A stretch of DNA of 19,761 bases from positions 1 through 19,761 of the forward strand of contig CAVNZM010000066.1 of assembly GCA_963693365.1 (NCBI GenBank), given 5' to 3'. Source of the stretch: Amoebidium appalachense. Taxonomy: Eukaryota > Protista > Ichthyosporea. Below, piece by piece: positions 18,403-19,761 of the stretch (its first letter is position 1; each line of letters opens with the position of its first letter). The notes below the pieces were generated by a model, which worked only from the letters and a program-made list of their open reading frames with translations, made no database searches and was not told the DNA's origin. Position numbers and translations under genes: made by a program.

Positions 18403-18999
18403 TGTAAACATCTGTACACGCCGTACATGTTTACTATTACGAATATACTGTACATATCATAGTGATCACGTAGATATTGTGTACATATGATCAGATCAAT
18501 ATCACACGCGACAGCCGCGGGCTGCGGCTCACGACTGAGCCGCGGCGCCGGCAATATGCAGTGGCCGTGCAGTCAGTATGAACCAATAGAATTCGAGAAC
18601 CGCTAGGATAGGAATGCAAGTCTCATCCACTACGGAGGCGACATCTATAGCTAAACGAACGGAACCAATAAGGAAATCAGACCCAGTTGCATAAACCTAA
18701 ACGGGCTTAAGTATTGACCAATCATTTGCCACAAAGTTATCCTTTTAGTTAGCTTCATGTTATTGGTGCACTGTGTGCACATAAAGACGACCGCACTCTT
18801 CTGACTGGTCAGAAGTCACGAAGGCATCAATGCCACCCATCCAGATGATCCGGAACCTGGGGGCTATATAAACAAGCCGTCCCAGTACGGGGGATCACTC
18901 TGAACGAGCACATTAAATAGTAACCTGGCCGCGTGTGCCTTACTACCCGTTCTCTGTCTTTATTCTGATTCAGTTGTTCTCTGCCTTATCCCAACTAGT
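18403..18999 (+). repeat. LTR C (3' LTR), truncated by 13 bp at its 3' end
   Basis: Matches 170-766. The terminal TCAACTGTTTACA is absent and replaced by GTGTGTGTGAAG. Confidence 0.95.
18912..18917 (+). terminator. Probable polyadenylation signal ATTAAA in the LTR (also 679-684 and 1288-1293)
   Basis: Common variant hexamer just downstream of the predicted start site, followed by GT- and T-rich sequence (GTGTG...TTCTCTGTCTTTATTCT). Confidence 0.55.
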
Positions 19000-19761
19000 G
19001 TGTGTGTGAAGTTCATGAAAGCACGTATGCAGGAATGTTGTAAATAAAGTTGTAGCGTTACCCATCAGGACAAACAAAGCGCCGAGATCTACGGAGGTGC
19101 CAGTCCCCGCAAAACGACCAAGGGTACCCCTATACACCATAAAGACAAAAATACCATCGTTCGGAAACCCTCGGAAGGGATAGTAAAACTTTGTATGGTG
19201 TCTGGGCTGACTCGAATGACTTACATAGACCTTCACACGAATGCGTATGGTATTGCTAATCTTGGAATGAAATCGTAATTGGCATAATTCGTTATAGTAA
19301 ACTGCCTCCACGGTGTAGATATGTTGACTTACGACAAAGAGTCCCGGTCTCTCCATTGTGTTAAACGACCTTATGTGAATAAGAGTTTCTTGTTATGTAT
19401 GTCGATTTCAGCATTTTTTATTTTTCCTTGTAGGAACGGACACCCTGTCCACTTGAGATAGAAGAAATATCGTAGGATGTCATAAATTAACTTAATGTTG
19501 GAGTACTCGTGTGTGTTGTGTTGTCTGTTTTCTTTCGATGAATTCAAACGGTCCTGGGCCAGTGTACTTCATATACAAAACCACCCCGTACTTTCAAAGT
19601 CTGGTCGGCATTTTGAGCATTTACAATATGTGGTTGATTAGCATTTTCTGCTCTAGGAGATGGACTCTCAGAATCCATGAAGTCTGTTTTTCTTTCTACT
19701 TATGAGTGCGTTACGATGGTGTCTGCAGGGAGAAGTAGACTCTCAGAGTCCAGGAAATGTG

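Larger units (their letters stand above)
780..18999 (+). mobile_element. Ty3/Gypsy LTR retrotransposon with chromodomain integrase, expanded to ~18.2 kb by triplication of pol
   Basis: Layout is 5' LTR 780-1388, PBS 1390, gag, pol in PR-RT-RH-IN-chromo order (the gypsy order), PPT 18389-18402 and 3' LTR 18403-18999. Confidence 0.96.

Noticed and set aside
18970-19356. 128-aa minus-strand ORF in the right flank
   Set aside because: It has no recognisable motif and runs into the LTR to find its stop. It cannot be supported as a gene without a homology search.
19511-19761. 64-aa ORF and short imperfect repeats (GACTCTCAGARTCCA at 19663 and 19738; GTCTGTTTT(T)CTTTC at 19523 and 19682)
   Set aside because: Too short, only two copies each, and no clear structure or coding signal.

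Overview
The window is almost entirely one family of young eukaryotic Ty3/Gypsy LTR retrotransposon on the + strand. It has PR-RT-RNaseH-IN order with a C-terminal chromodomain, 610-bp TG...CA LTRs and a tRNA-Arg-type PBS. The arrangement is unusual: the 3' end of an upstream copy (pol tail, PPT, LTR) is fused head-to-tail to a second LTR with one base lost. Next come the PBS, a gag broken by two +1 frame changes, and a single in-frame UAG between gag and pol. Then come THREE near-identical tandem pol copies of about 4.8-5.0 kb each. Each internal junction fuses the chromodomain in frame to the last 10 codons of gag plus the UAG, so every pol is preceded by its own putative readthrough cassette. 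Copies 2 and 3 share an in-frame 180-bp duplication in the protease, and copy 2 has a 1-bp frameshift. The 3' LTR lacks its last 13 bp and runs into (GT)n and about 760 bp of unassigned flank. The internal region shows a strong, strand-specific excess of the pentamer ACGAA. All counts and alignments were done by eye; no database search was run.
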